NCBI RefSeq assembly: GCF_006345805.1
Contig: NC_043007.1
Coordinates: 18,848,001-18,912,000, forward strand
Length of the DNA stretch: 64,000 nucleotides
Direction of reading: 5' to 3'
DNA from: Octopus sinensis
Taxonomy: Eukaryota
Shown here in pieces: positions 37,502-50,847 of the stretch (position 1 is the stretch's first letter; each line of letters begins with the position of its first letter). The translations under genes and the position numbers were made by a program. Below the pieces are notes generated by a model. The model saw nothing but the letters and a program-made list of their open reading frames with translations, was not told the DNA's origin and did not search any database.

Positions 37502-38873
37502 AATGTCAAAGACACTTTTGAGTAAAGGAGAAAGAGAGTGCGGGAGAGAGAGTGAGTGAGAGAGAGAGAAAGAGAGAGAGAGAAAGAGAGAGAGAGAGAG
37601 GGACAGAGAATGAAAGAAAGAAAGATAGAAAGGAAGAAAGAAAGAAAGACTGGATATGATTTTTCTTATTACTTTTTTTCTTTTCTTCCTTTGTTGGGGA
37701 GGCTGGAGTTACAACAGACGAAAATGCTGCTCTGTTTGTACCAGATATGAGAAAATGGTCAAGAACCCAATTTTTTTGTTCTTCCCCAGTTTAATGGAAC
37801 ATATATATATATATATACATATATATACATATATACAATGCCATGTACACATGTGAATACAAAAGGAACGCGATGTGTTCCGCGGGTAAAATGGAGACTA
37901 TCCTGTTTGTACGGTTTAAAAGTATGAGCAACGACGAACGAAATATATTGTTACAATGTAAATAAAATGTATGATATCTTGTTTAAAATTGAATATAAAA
38001 GAAAAACGAAGCGTGTTCTGGAGGTAAAAAAAAATAACGGACTAGGTCCTGTTTGTTCTTCTCAGTTTAATGATGGAGATGTATTTTGGGGGAGGAAAAC
38101 AGAAAAACAAAACAAAAGGAAACGGTACGAAATATTGTTGGATTTTACATATAAAAAAAGACACGAGGTTTGTTCAGGAGTTCACCGAAATATCACGTGG
38201 TGATGGTTAAATGAAGGGAATTAAGTAAGGTTGGTTTTGTTTTATGTTGGGTAACGTAAAGTGATAAAATTGTGTGTGTGTTTTTTTTTTTGTTCTTTGT
38301 AAGAAGCCAATGTCTTCGTCGTTGTACGACAAAATGGAGTAAGAAGATACTGCGGTCGGTCGTGGAAGTTTCTCTGTTCTTGACGCTTTAATTGGTGGGG
38401 GGCCTTGTGAAAAAGTTAATTACTAGGTGATTAAATGCGAGGACCTCGAGCCCCGATTTGTGCATTTGTATGTGTATGCATATATATATATATATATATA
38501 TCCTTGGAAAACAAGTGTTATCTCAATAATAAGTACTCGCTTAACCCATGCTAGCATGGAGAAAAAAGACGTAAAACGAACGAAATATAATATATATATA
38601 TACATATAAAGATATATGTATATACAAAGCGTAATATAATAGGGATGAAATATTGACGTGATTTATAAAAGTTACACATATATACACACAAGCATATATA
38701 AATATATATATACATATATATATGTGTGTGTGTGTGTATGTATATGCATAGAAATACACGTATATTTCCAATTGTAGACACTGCTGTTAAATGTTCAAAC
38801 ACCCCGAGCACCAACAATGCATATATCACAGATCATCTAATATGCACCCTTGTTGCAACGCCTCTTGAATAAA
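37502..38873 (+). other. Probable 3' UTR of the RhoU/V gene, with candidate AATAAA at 37961-37966 and 38868-38873
   Basis: AU-rich, largely SINE-free sequence downstream of the stop; the true end needs transcript data. Confidence 0.4.
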
Positions 38874-39147
38874 ATAGTTGCACTTTTCTTTATTGAGCTA
38901 TCTCCTGTAGACACAAAAGCTAACCACGTTTCACTTCACTTCACTTCGGGAAAGGCATGAATGTAGCACACTCGCATTCATATAAACTGCCACCTTTGCA
39001 ACAACTTTGTACACCAGTGATAAATCAATATTTGGTTTATATAGTTATTTTGTACAGATGCTTTCTCGTTTATTTACTTTTTTTTTTACTTTTCATAATA
39101 GAGGATCATTTTCATTATTGATCTTTCAAAACAAAATACTATACTTA

Positions 39148-39203
<56 letters not shown>

Positions 39204-39237
39204 ATATATATATATATCTATATATATATATATATAG

Positions 39238-39271
<34 letters not shown>

Positions 39272-41626
39272 GTATATATATACATATATGAAATGAGAGT
39301 GATGGAATGCAGAGATGGTATACGGTTACCTCCCTTTTATATTCTACATTTAGACTTTGCCTTCCTTCTTTCCATAATATGGAGGTCGATAAATAAATCT
39401 ATAATACCAATCCATTCAACAACGGGCTTGATATTATTGACTATATTCTCCTTAACCCTTCCACGGTATTTATGGCCAATTGCCTTTTCTAGGAATCAAT
39501 TCTTTATGAGGTATAAAACGGTGGTGTTGTGGCAGTCATGACGTGCCGGATGTATTAAATGCCTTGAGGCATTTAGCTTTGTGTTCCCTTCTGGTTTTTA
39601 TGTTCTGGGTTCAAATTACAGCGAGGTCGACTTTGTCTTTAAACTTTGCAAGAATCCCATATATATATATATATGTATGTATGTATATATATGTATGTAT
39701 ATGTATATGTATATATATATGTATGTATGTATCTGTATATACATATATGTATGTATATATAATATATATGTATGTGTGTGTGTGTCTATAAACTGCATTT
39801 GAATTTTAACCTTGGAGTTTGCTTTATTTAGCTCGTCCACAGGTACCGGCTATCAGATACACGTATAAAATGGAAATTTATAGTTTCACTGAAAATATAT
39901 CTGAAAATCCGTAAATATCCGTAGAGTTTATACAATTATTGACAAGGAGAATGGAGCAAGCAATTCCTTTTATCATATAATTTTGCAAGTGTTTCATGGA
40001 TAATTTACTAGAAAAGTATTGCTATATTATTATATAATATATGTAACAATACATTGCCTCGGTTTTATTATAGTAATTCCATACAAATGCCAACTCCTCA
40101 GGTTTATGTATAAAATCCATTTGCACTTGTATTATATATGTGTGTGTACATGTATATATGTTTATATATATATACATACCTATATATATTACCAAGATGT
40201 GATGTGTGTAACAGACACGCCAGAGTGTAGAGGACTAAGTGCTATGTGGTATTTAGTTATGTTTCTCTACGTTCCGTGTTCAAATCCAAACGGTGTTGAC
40301 TTTGCATTTGAAACCTTCGGGTACGATAAAATAATATTCAATATCTGTAATATACCTGGGATTGATTTTAAATTAAATCTCACTCCTATAAATATATAGC
40401 CTCATGCCAAAGTTGAAAAAAGAAGTGGAAAACGATTGAAACGCAACGCACTCTAGAAAATACGGGCGTGTCTTGCAATATTTAGTTACAACCCTTTAGA
40501 CGCTAGTTCAAATTCTACCTTCACCTTTTAAAATTTTTTTTTTTTTTTGGCCATCAAAGTAATTTTTAGTCAAATATTAGGGTACAACTAAATCGCCTCT
40601 ATGAAAACTCTCTCAAAATATTTTGGCATTATGCCGATGTTAAAAAATTATTTTAAGCTCTATCTTCTTGTTGCTCCTGTTTGTTATTGTTAATGACGCC
40701 CATGTTTTTATTGTTGTTGTTGTTGTTGTTGATAGTATTTTTAATCCACTTTTCATTCATAATCTACACACGTGTTTATAGAGAAACAGAACGGGATTAT
40801 AAAACAAGATAATCTCTTATTTCGATATTAAATTTTATCAACTTCTAAAGAACACCATAAAATAGAATTTTTATATATATATATATATAAATATATAATG
40901 GATGCTAAGTTCAAACTTCCGGCAAACCGGTTTTGATATCCGGTCGTTGTCAGTTTCCCCTTTGCTCGTTTACACCAGTGATGTTCTTACTTGAGGAAGA
41001 AGTATAAACGTCACACAGATTCGTTTCCCACCATCATCGCTATAAATCTGCGGCCTTAGAGTGTAGATTCTTTCAGTTAGGTAAACGATAACTTGAATGA
41101 ATCCTGTGATCTTGGTTCGATTTCCAACTGAAGATGATAAATCGCTTCACTACCGCAGCTAATGCCTTCGGAACAGGCACGAACTTCCTAACATCTCATT
41201 TTCCCCCCTCTCTCTTCCCCATAAAAATACAATATAGGGCCTTCTCAACAAAACTACCTTACGCTATTTAATAACGTCCCTTTACGTTTTTACATTCTGA
41301 GTTCAAATCCCGGCGAAGTTTACTTCGCTTTCTATCCTTCCAAACGGTCAATGAAAAAAATAATAATAATAATAATAATAAAGCACCAGTCGAATACGAA
41401 AGACGATGGCATAATGGCGATGCTCGGAAATCTTGGAGGAGCGGATTAAATTTCTTGTGTTTTGATCCAACTCTTTACGTTCTAAGTTCAAACCACGCCG
41501 ACATCAATTTTGTCTTTCATTCTTCTGGACGTCGTTAATACAAATTAGCAAACAAGTCCTCGGACCTATTTATTCAATTAACTCACAAAAATATTTCAGG
41601 CATTGTACCGATATTATTATTATTAC

Positions 41627-41830
41627 TAAGGCGGCGAGGTGGCCGAATAGTTAGCGCGCCGGGCGAAATGCTTAGTGGTATTTCGCTCGACTCTGCGTTC
41701 TGAGTTCAAATTCCGCCGAGGTTCACTTTGCCTTTCATCCTTTCGGGGGTCGATTAAATAAGTTCCAGTACACACTGGGGGTCGATATAATCGACTTAAT
41801 CCCCTCCCCAAAACTGCTCTTGTGGAAAAA
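41627..41830 (+). mobile_element. Meta-like SINE (further degenerate copies at 41.3-42.15 kb)
   Basis: Same head and body consensus. Confidence 0.8.
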
Positions 41831-41850
41831 AACTTGAAATCATTATCATA

Positions 41851-41896
<46 letters not shown>

Positions 41897-42596
41897 GGCT
41901 TGATGGTTCCAGAATTGTTAGAGCGATAGATAAAACTGCTTTACAATGGTTACTTACATCTCTTGAGATTCTGAGTTCAAATACCGCCTAGGTCGACTTT
42001 TGCCTTTCGTCCTTAGAGGGTCAATAAAATATAAAGTACCAGTCTAGAATTACCATGGGGGGGGGCAGTCTCATCGATTACGCCCCGCCCCCTCCTACCT
42101 TCTTCAAAAATGTGTAAGCCTTGTGCCTATGAAACAAAACCTAATTATTAGTGTTAGTAGTACCATTATAATCATTACTATTTTTTAAAATGGCGATTTA
42201 TTGCAATCTTTTTTTTTCTTGATAGATGGCCATGTGAGAGGCTATTCACTACACCCCACTCCCCCACCACTTGCCCCTCCCCTTTAAAATATTACATTCC
42301 TGCCAACTTGTCTTTCAAATCTTGAAACATAATCAATAAAAAATTTGTATTTTTTGAGCGAAAAAAATTCTCTTGTTGTCTTCTTTCGTTTTTACTTTTT
42401 TAAAATATTTTTAATGTATTTATGCTCGATTTTCTTTATTGTTATTCCTGTTTATTCCATACAGCGCTTGAGACCACAATAGTACAATACTATATAGACT
42501 TTCAATGGCTTCTTTCAGATATGAGAGTATATACGTATGCATGTATATGTATATATATATATATATTATATATATATATATATTATATATATATAT

Positions 42597-42679
<83 letters not shown>

Positions 42680-43355
42680 ATATTCACATACATACATACA
42701 GATAGATTTAATGTCCTAAGGAAGCATTATATGTCGTTGTTTAAATTTACTTTCCGCCATACCTATCTATTATTTAAAGTCTATATTAAGTTTGCTTTGA
42801 TAGACATAACTCCTCTTTCATAATTAATAGTATACTGTATTGAGTTTCAATGGCTTTCATACACGCACACACACACAGATACATGCATACAGACTGACAT
42901 ACATACGTGTGTGTGTCCTATGAAGGAAGCAACTTTGTTTAAATTTCCTTTCCGCCATATTTATGTAGTATTTAAGCTCTATATTAAGTTTTGGTTTGGC
43001 GGACATAACTTCTCTTTCATATACGATCTCTTTGGCATTGCATAATTGACTAAGAGGACATGCCTTTGTTTGTGTTGCGTGTGCAACGAACCTCAGTTAA
43101 TTTAGTTAGTTTCCGTGTTGACAGTTCAGCTGTAGCTCTGTTTTAGATTGCTTCTATTAAATAGTTAACACTGTAGGGTGATGGTTAATAGAAAACTTTT
43201 AGAAATATATTCAACGTTTAAAGTGAGAAGCGTCATGTTGCGGTATCTCAGTTTTGGAGTCAAGAATATTTTGGTTGAGATTTCGATTATAAAAACTGTT
43301 CCATTGTGTGTTCTACTGTAATATACGGGGAATCGCAGAATATGAATTATTATTG

Positions 43356-43775
43356 GAAAACTTTAATATAAACAGTCTAAATTTGATTTACTGTCGTACT
43401 TCCAATATGATAAAATCTTGGAAGATATAAAACCAACTAAATTAAATAATGCTAGCTGCGTATACTCTTTTATGGAGTAGAAGTCAGATCTGCCAAACTG
43501 AATATTTGTACAGAATTGGATGCGTAAAATTAAACAGAGTTACTTCAACCATATTTTTTCCCCTTCAGATGGATACAATATTATCAAGTTACATCTGGAA
43601 TCTGAAAGAGCATACAACTGATTTCAGTATCATGCGGGAAATCCTTTAGTGATGCAGACCATAGATAAATAAAACTAGAAGATTATGTATTATACTGAGA
43701 AACTGTTTATTACTCCAATGCACGAATCGGAATTCTTTCTCTCTGGACGCGACAAGCTTCTGTTGACAACTGGTT
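43356..43775 (+). pseudogene. Degenerate Penelope-like (GIY-YIG-type) ORF remnant
   Basis: Disrupted frames give ENFNINSLNLIYCRTSNM, SSYIWNLKEHTTDFSIMREIL and TEKLFI, resembling the PLE C-terminal pattern FNxNxxKxSY.C.N / LSxxIWxLK...W.IL / LxEKxxI (from memory, no search run). Confidence 0.5.
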
Positions 43776-44029
43776 TGGCAGTCGAGTTTTTTTAAAGATA
43801 TGGTGTTATCAGCATGGCCTTTTGCCGAGACTCTAACAGTCAATTAAGATGTACGAAATAACAACAACACAAAGTTTAGGCTCTTAAATTAAGCATATGT
43901 ATCAAACACACACACATACACGCACGCACGCATGCACACATATACACACAAACACATACACGCACGCACTGGTGTGTGTTCAGGAAACCTCCGCACTGAC
44001 AACAATCGACGATTCATATTGGTTTCGAA

Positions 44030-44200
44030 TTTCTGTGCAAGGCAAGCATTTGCGAGGAGAGGGTAAGTCGTACACACCGCCCCCTAGTGCCCAACTGGTT
44101 CCTATTTTATCGACCCCGAAAGGATAAAAGTCAAAGTCGACGTCAGTGGAATTTGAACCCAGAACGTGAAGACGGACGAAATACTGTTGAGCATTTACCA
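44030..44200 (-). mobile_element. Meta-like SINE
   Basis: TTATCGACCCCGAAAGGATAAAAGTCAAAGTCGAC...GAATTTGAAC. Confidence 0.75.
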
Positions 44201-44889
44201 CAACTGTGGAGAGCATATAAAAAATGTGCAAGTTTGTACGAAAATAATTTACCCTCGCGCTATACTATACAAGAGTCGGACTCTACGGTGCTACTGAAAA
44301 TCTCCAGCTGCCTTTTAATATCGCTGCCAAAGGAAGTAATAAGATCCCGCAAACAGTTGCTGCTGCAGGTTTCGATTGCTTGCATTGCTTGTGCGGCCCA
44401 GCCAATTGCGTTGACAGGAACGAAAGCAAAATAATTTCTTGAGGTGGAAAGGTCTACATTGAAAATGAAAGCAATGACAGCTGTTATACAGAACCCAGAA
44501 GTGTCACTGAGATGATGAACAGGGAAGGATTGGATACATGCCAGAATAACGAAGATACGGGAAATATTATGTTCAACCAAATTCGTCTCGTTAAATAGGA
44601 GGACCGTGCAATTATCTCTCTGTATATAAAGCCGAAGTTGTCTGTGTATGGCAGGTTTGGTAGCCTTCAACTAACACTATCTCCTCTGAGACCCTGCGAC
44701 GCAAGTTGACCAAAATTGAGAGTATGATAGAAGAAGGCTTGCTCTTTATTCCGTATAAGAAAAAATTCAAATCGGACAGTGTGAACACCAAAAATTATTT
44801 ACATCAAAAAGGTGGGGGTTTTTTCTATGAAAATCCCTATTTTTTTACGATTTTTTTTACTGCTGTGTCGCCATTTTTCGGTGTATTTC

Positions 44890-45460
44890 ATCCAGAAAAA
44901 TTAAGTACCAGTGGCATACTGGGGTCGATCTAATCGACTGGTCCCCCCCTCCCCGAAAATTTCGGGCCTTGTGCCTAGAGTAGAAGAGAATATATAAACA
45001 TGCCAAGGCGGCGAGCTGGCAGAAACGTTAGCACGTCGGGCGAAATGTTTAGCAGTATTTCGTCAGACTTTATGTTCTGAGTTCAAATTCCGCCGAGGTC
45101 GACTTTGCCTTTCATCCTTTCAGGGTCCATAAATTAAATACCAGTTGCGAACTGGAGTCGATCTGATTGACTAGCACCCTCCCCACTCTCCAAAAATTCC
45201 GGGCGTTGCGCCTAGAGTAGAAAGGAATAATAGTCATTCGTTTAAGGTGGCGAGTTGGCAGATTCGTTACCGCACCGGGCAAAATGCTTAGCAGCATTTT
45301 GTCTGACTTTACGTTCTGAGTTCAAATTCCACTTAGGTCGACTTTGACTTTTATCCTTTCGGGGTCGATTAAATAAGTACCAGTTGGGTCTAGAGAGTGG
45401 GGTGTACGATTTATCCCCTCCTCGCAAATGCTGGACTTGCACCGAAATTTGAAACCAGTA
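44890..45460 (+). mobile_element. Cluster of three Meta-like SINE copies
   Basis: Heads at about 45005 and 45243, plus a 5'-truncated tail at 44890. Confidence 0.8.
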
Positions 45461-47145
45461 TGAGTCGGCGATGGAATGTTATTGCCGATTGTTACCAGTG
45501 CGAAGATTTCCTGAACACACAGTGCGTGCGCGTGCGTGTGTATTTGTGTGTGTGCTCGTGTGTGTATGTGTGTGTGTGTGTGTGCTTTTGCGTGCGCCTT
45601 TGTGAAGAATGAGTGTGTTTGTGTGTTTGCTACATACGGTTCGTCTAAGAGCCTAAGCTTTAGGTGTGTGTGTCTGTATCACTGTCTTAGTATGTGTGAT
45701 TACATTTGTGTGTGTGTGTGTGTGTCATTTTATATTGTCTCTTTGCTATGAATGGACGGAAATTACATTTCCGTAACGGTAATGGAAAGAACTTTTTTTT
45801 TTTCATCGGATTTAAGGGTTCGAGGGCCCAGAAACTTATTAGAAGTGATTCTATGCAAAAGAGCTGGTGTACAAGAATACAATAATGAAAGCATTTTTAT
45901 GCCATAATCAACAGTTCTCCCTAAACGCACGGAAACAGTGCGTGTGTGTCTGTGTGTGTGTGTGTGTGGCGAGGTGGCAGAATCGTTAGCTTACCAGGAG
46001 AAATGCTTAGTGGCATTTCGTCCGTCTCCACGTTCTGTGTCCAAATTCTGCCGTGGCCGACTTTGCCTATCATTCTGTCAGAATCGATGAAATAAGTACT
46101 AGTCAAGTCCTGGGGTCAACATAATCGACTACCCCCACACCCAAAATTCCAAACCATATAGATATATATATATACATATATATATATACACACACATGCA
46201 TATATATATATACATATATATTCATACATACAACATACACACACACAAATGTATGTATGTATGTATGTATGTATGTATGTATGAAGGTAGGTATGTATGT
46301 ATGTATGTATGTATGTATCTATGTATGTATGTATGTATGTACGTTGTACGTATGTATGTATGTATGTATGTATGTATGTATGTATGTATGTATGTATGTA
46401 TGTATGAAGGTATGTATGTATGTATGTATGTATGAAGGTATGTATGTATGTATGTATGTAAGTATGTATGTATGTATGTGTATGTATGTATTATGTATGT
46501 GCATATAAATACACACTGCAAATAAGAAAAGAGAATGGAATAATCTGCAACGTGAGTACACCGATGTTGTTCCTACTCGAAAAACCACTCTAATACACTA
46601 AATTTTTCGTTCCTTCGTAATGGTAACAATTTTAAGCCAAGCATAAATTATCTAGAAAAGATATACGCTAATCAAATTTCGGCGAATGCGATATGGAGGG
46701 AATCTCTGGAATGCCAACACGCGATAAATAACGAGAATCCGGTGTAAAGACATATAAAGCTATTTCGTTACAACCAGAATTTTCTGTGAAAAACATAATA
46801 GAATTCGGTTCTTGGAAAGCACAGCGAATATTGCTGTTTATATTCAGTGGTTCTCAAATTATTTTTTTCGCGAACCCTGTCGCGATTTTACAAAAACTGC
46901 ATAATCTTTGTCTATATATTTGATAATATATTAAATGAAAGAATGTTTTTTATCGATTCCCAACCACATGTTTCCGGGTTCCGTCCCACTATGTGGTAGT
47001 TTAAGTAAGGGTCTTTTAATTAGATAGAGTCACTGGCTGTATCGGCCCAAGGCTATAGTAGAAGACACTTGCCCAAAGTGCCACGCAGTGGGACTGAACC
47101 CGGAACCATGTGGTTGGTAAGCAAGCTATTTACCACACAACACTC

Positions 47146-47188
<43 letters not shown>

Positions 47189-48204
47189 GCTCTCCCATAG
47201 GCACAAGGGCCTGGAATTTGCGAAACCCGACGGCAGCAATTGTCTGAATCTCAAATTTATTGAAAGAAGAAATATTCCGGGCAAAAATTGATTGACAGCT
47301 ATTGTTGCTTACCTTCAGATCATGTCTGGTGAAGCAGACCTATAATCAAAGACATTCCAATTGTGACCATACTGCCTCATTTAACTTGCATACATGCAGG
47401 ATCCAAGACTATATTATTCAATGTAACTTTTCCTTTTTAAGACAGAAGGGTTTGATTAGAGGGAAATTTGGCTGCTATTTATCACACACCTAGGACCATG
47501 TACGTATAGGCTTCCCTGATTGGCTGTTAGTAGCAAATGAAGCATCGTTCTATAAGTGCAAAGCCGTCCTAGCTTTATATATTCTATATAACACAGTCTC
47601 CGGTGAAGAGATTTTAATCTAGATATACACATCCGTTAATATACATATTCGCCAGAGCAAAACTGAATGCAACGTCGATAAACTTAGCCTCTCAATACAG
47701 GAAGAATATCCGAGAAGGTGGATACAAGTTGCAGCAACAACAGGTGCAGCTTCCGGCAACAACAAAGAATTTATCTCTGTAAATTCGCAGACTCCAGTAT
47801 ATCAAACAAAAAAAAAATTCCTAATAAATTCAGACGGCTTTTAAAAGCAGACACTGTACTTTGAAAGAATGAAGTCAATGATAGACGTATTACGTTATAG
47901 AAAAAGCAAAATCCGGTAGAGGGAAGCAAGCTTCCGCTAAAAACAAACAAACTGTTTCCGGTTTTTCGCTATCTTCATTAAAATGTGTTTGCAGTTGATA
48001 AAAAGTTGCGATAAAATCTCTTTTCAATCAAACAAACACAAGTGTCTGAAGCAACGAGAACTTTTAGCTTTTCTGTTTTATTTCCTTCGATCATATGGCT
48101 GCGGCCATGCTAGGGCACATACTTGGAGAGTTTTAGACGAACAGATCGACACCAGAACTAATTGTTTTGCTTTTGCTTATTATATGATAATAACATCGAA
48201 AAAT

Positions 48205-48350
48205 ACCTTAGGAATGAGGACCCAGTTTCGAAATTTCCCCAAGACACCTGATGAAGGCTTGAAGGTATATCAGCCGAAACGCTGTGTTAACAACAAACAA
48301 GATGAGGACAAATATCCGTCAAATGTAAACAATGTAAATAATGTAATAAA
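48205..48350 (+). mobile_element. Penelope-like terminal fragment (family P3)
   Basis: Hammerhead followed by an AATGTAAAT-type repeated tail. Confidence 0.5.
48243..48288 (+). ncRNA. Hammerhead motif, probably inactivated (U16.1->C)
   Basis: GACAC CUGAUGA A GGCU...AGCC GAAA CGC U GUGUU; stem I ACAC/GUGU intact. Confidence 0.6.
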
Positions 48351-48775
48351 TATGTTTGGAAATGATGCTCAAAGGCAGAGAGAATTTGAATAAATTTCGA
48401 AATTATATTGTATGGTATTTGATATACCCGTATTTGTCTATAAAGAGTTACATTGTTTCTATGTCAATAGAACCATGGGGAGAGACTTTGTGTTTGTTCA
48501 TTGGGTTAAATGTAAAATATGACAAAGCAGGCTACAAAACCGCAAAATAATTCCTGCTTCGTAAAGTAATTCCCGACAGGAATCGATCTCTCGTCCACTA
48601 TACTTCCACTAAGACTGCTCTTGTCCTCAGTAACCTTGGCTGTTATAAGCTAGAACGCACAAGAACTCCCCTCTGGATGCTATATATCACAATAATTAAC
48701 CACAGCTGTTGCTCTGTATGCACTGGCCATTCTTCTCGGAGCTAGTTTATCCCATAATCATGTGTGTACATGTGC

Positions 48776-48818
<43 letters not shown>

Positions 48819-49349
48819 GTGTGTGTGTGTATTTATATGTGTATATGTATTTGTTTTTGGATACTTGTATATGTTAGTACGTGTATACGTGCTTGTATTT
48901 GTGTCTACCAAATCCACTCACAAGGCTTTGGTCGGCCCGAGGCTATAGTAGAAGACATTTGGCCAAGGTGCCACGCAGTGGAATTGAACCCGGAACCATG
49001 TGGTTGGTAAGCAAGCTACTTACTACACAACCACTCCTGCGCCTACTCCTAATTCTTGATTTATTAAAATTATCTCTGCCTCTAAAGGTGTATCGTAGTT
49101 ACCAAATAGCAATTAAGACCATATGAGAAGGGGAGATAATATCAAGATTAAAAAATAATGCAAAAATGGTACACCTTTAAAAAAAAAGAATAAATTTATT
49201 GTCTAGAGATAAGAAGAAAGGCGTGGTGGGTACATGTTTCTGCTTCAATAGGCGTCAACAGCACGACAGTTCTCTAATCTTAACTCCAGTCGCCAAGGGA
49301 TTTAGACATCTGCAAAAAGGAGTAGGACACATTTATGTCCTAGGTAATT

Positions 49350-49564
49350 CATCTTTTACTTGTTTCAGTCATCAGACCACGGCCATGCTGGGGCACTGCC
49401 TTGGAGAAGTATTAGTCGAATGAATCGATTCAAGTACTTAATTTTTTTTAAAAGCCTGATACTTACTCTATCGGACATTTTCTGCCGAACCGCTAAATCA
49501 AGGCGATGTAAACACGTCAACTTCAGCTATCAAGTGGTGGTGATGCAGACACACACACACACAT

Positions 49565-49600
<36 letters not shown>

Positions 49601-49960
49601 GCATGTATGTATGTATGTATTTATGTATGTATGTATGTATGCATGTATGTATGTATGTATGTATGAATGTATATATGTATGTATGTATGTATGTAAATAT
49701 GTATGTATGTATGAGTGTGTGTGTATGTGTGTATGTATGTATGTATATATGTATGTATGTATGTATTTATTTATGTATGTATGTATGTATGTATGAGTGT
49801 GTGTGTATGCATGTATTTATGTATGTATGTATGTATGTATGTATGTATGTATGCATGCATGTATGTATGTATGTATGTATGTACGAAAGGCTTCTTTCAG
49901 TTTCCGTCTACCAAATCCACTCACAGGGTTTTGATCGGCCCGAAGCTATTGCAGAAGACA
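49350..49960 (-). mobile_element. Family A SINE with about 340-bp internal CA/TGTA expansion
   Basis: Tail 49350-49545, microsatellite to about 49882, body resumes. Confidence 0.8.
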
Positions 49961-50340
49961 GAATCATGTGCGTCTGGGACAAAATTTGCTGAGGCGGGAG
50001 GCACAATTTTGCATGGTGGCTTTCAGACTTTTTTTTTTTTTTAGAAAAAAATGCATCTTAAATGCCATCAAATACGGTGAGTAGAAAATAATGTGAAAGG
50101 AATAAAGCGATGACGTTCAGTAGTAGAATATATTTTTCTTTCTTTCTTCTAGTTGCTTTTCTTTCGAAGGAGATGATCTGAAAGAGAATAAACGGAGGAA
50201 AAAATAAAGAGAAGGAAGGAAGGAAGGAAGGAAGAAGGAAAGAAGGAATGATGCGTGAAGGTGATTAATTTGTGATTATAAACATGCTTTGTTCACATAG
50301 GACATACATAGGTACACAGGTATATTCTTACGGTCTCTCG

Positions 50341-50392
<52 letters not shown>

Positions 50393-50847
50393 CACACATG
50401 CATGCACACATACACACAAACTCAGGCGCGCACACAGGTACACACACGTTCCCTTCTCCTTTGTCGAAAACACAGGTAGCAAAATAAATTGATTGGTCCA
50501 GACAGGTCATCTAAAGGTTAGAAATACTGACCGTGACTCAAAGTTATTCACCTTCTTTACACCACCCCCTGGGCCGCTTCAAATGCTGTTCATTGTACGT
50601 GAAATCACCTATGCTCTGTCGACCCTTATAACGACAGCCTTTTTGTCACAGCAGCATTAAAAACTGTGGGGGCCAGTAAAATATGCTACAAAAGAGGCCC
50701 TAGTTATGGGGCTGTTGTTTTTTAATGCGCAAATCTTAAAACTTAAATTACTTTTAGCAACACAATAAATTATAATTTAAACTTTATTTACTTTTATTTT
50801 TCTTTTGAATTGAGTAAAATGGCTGTATTTTTTAGAAGCAGACAGAA

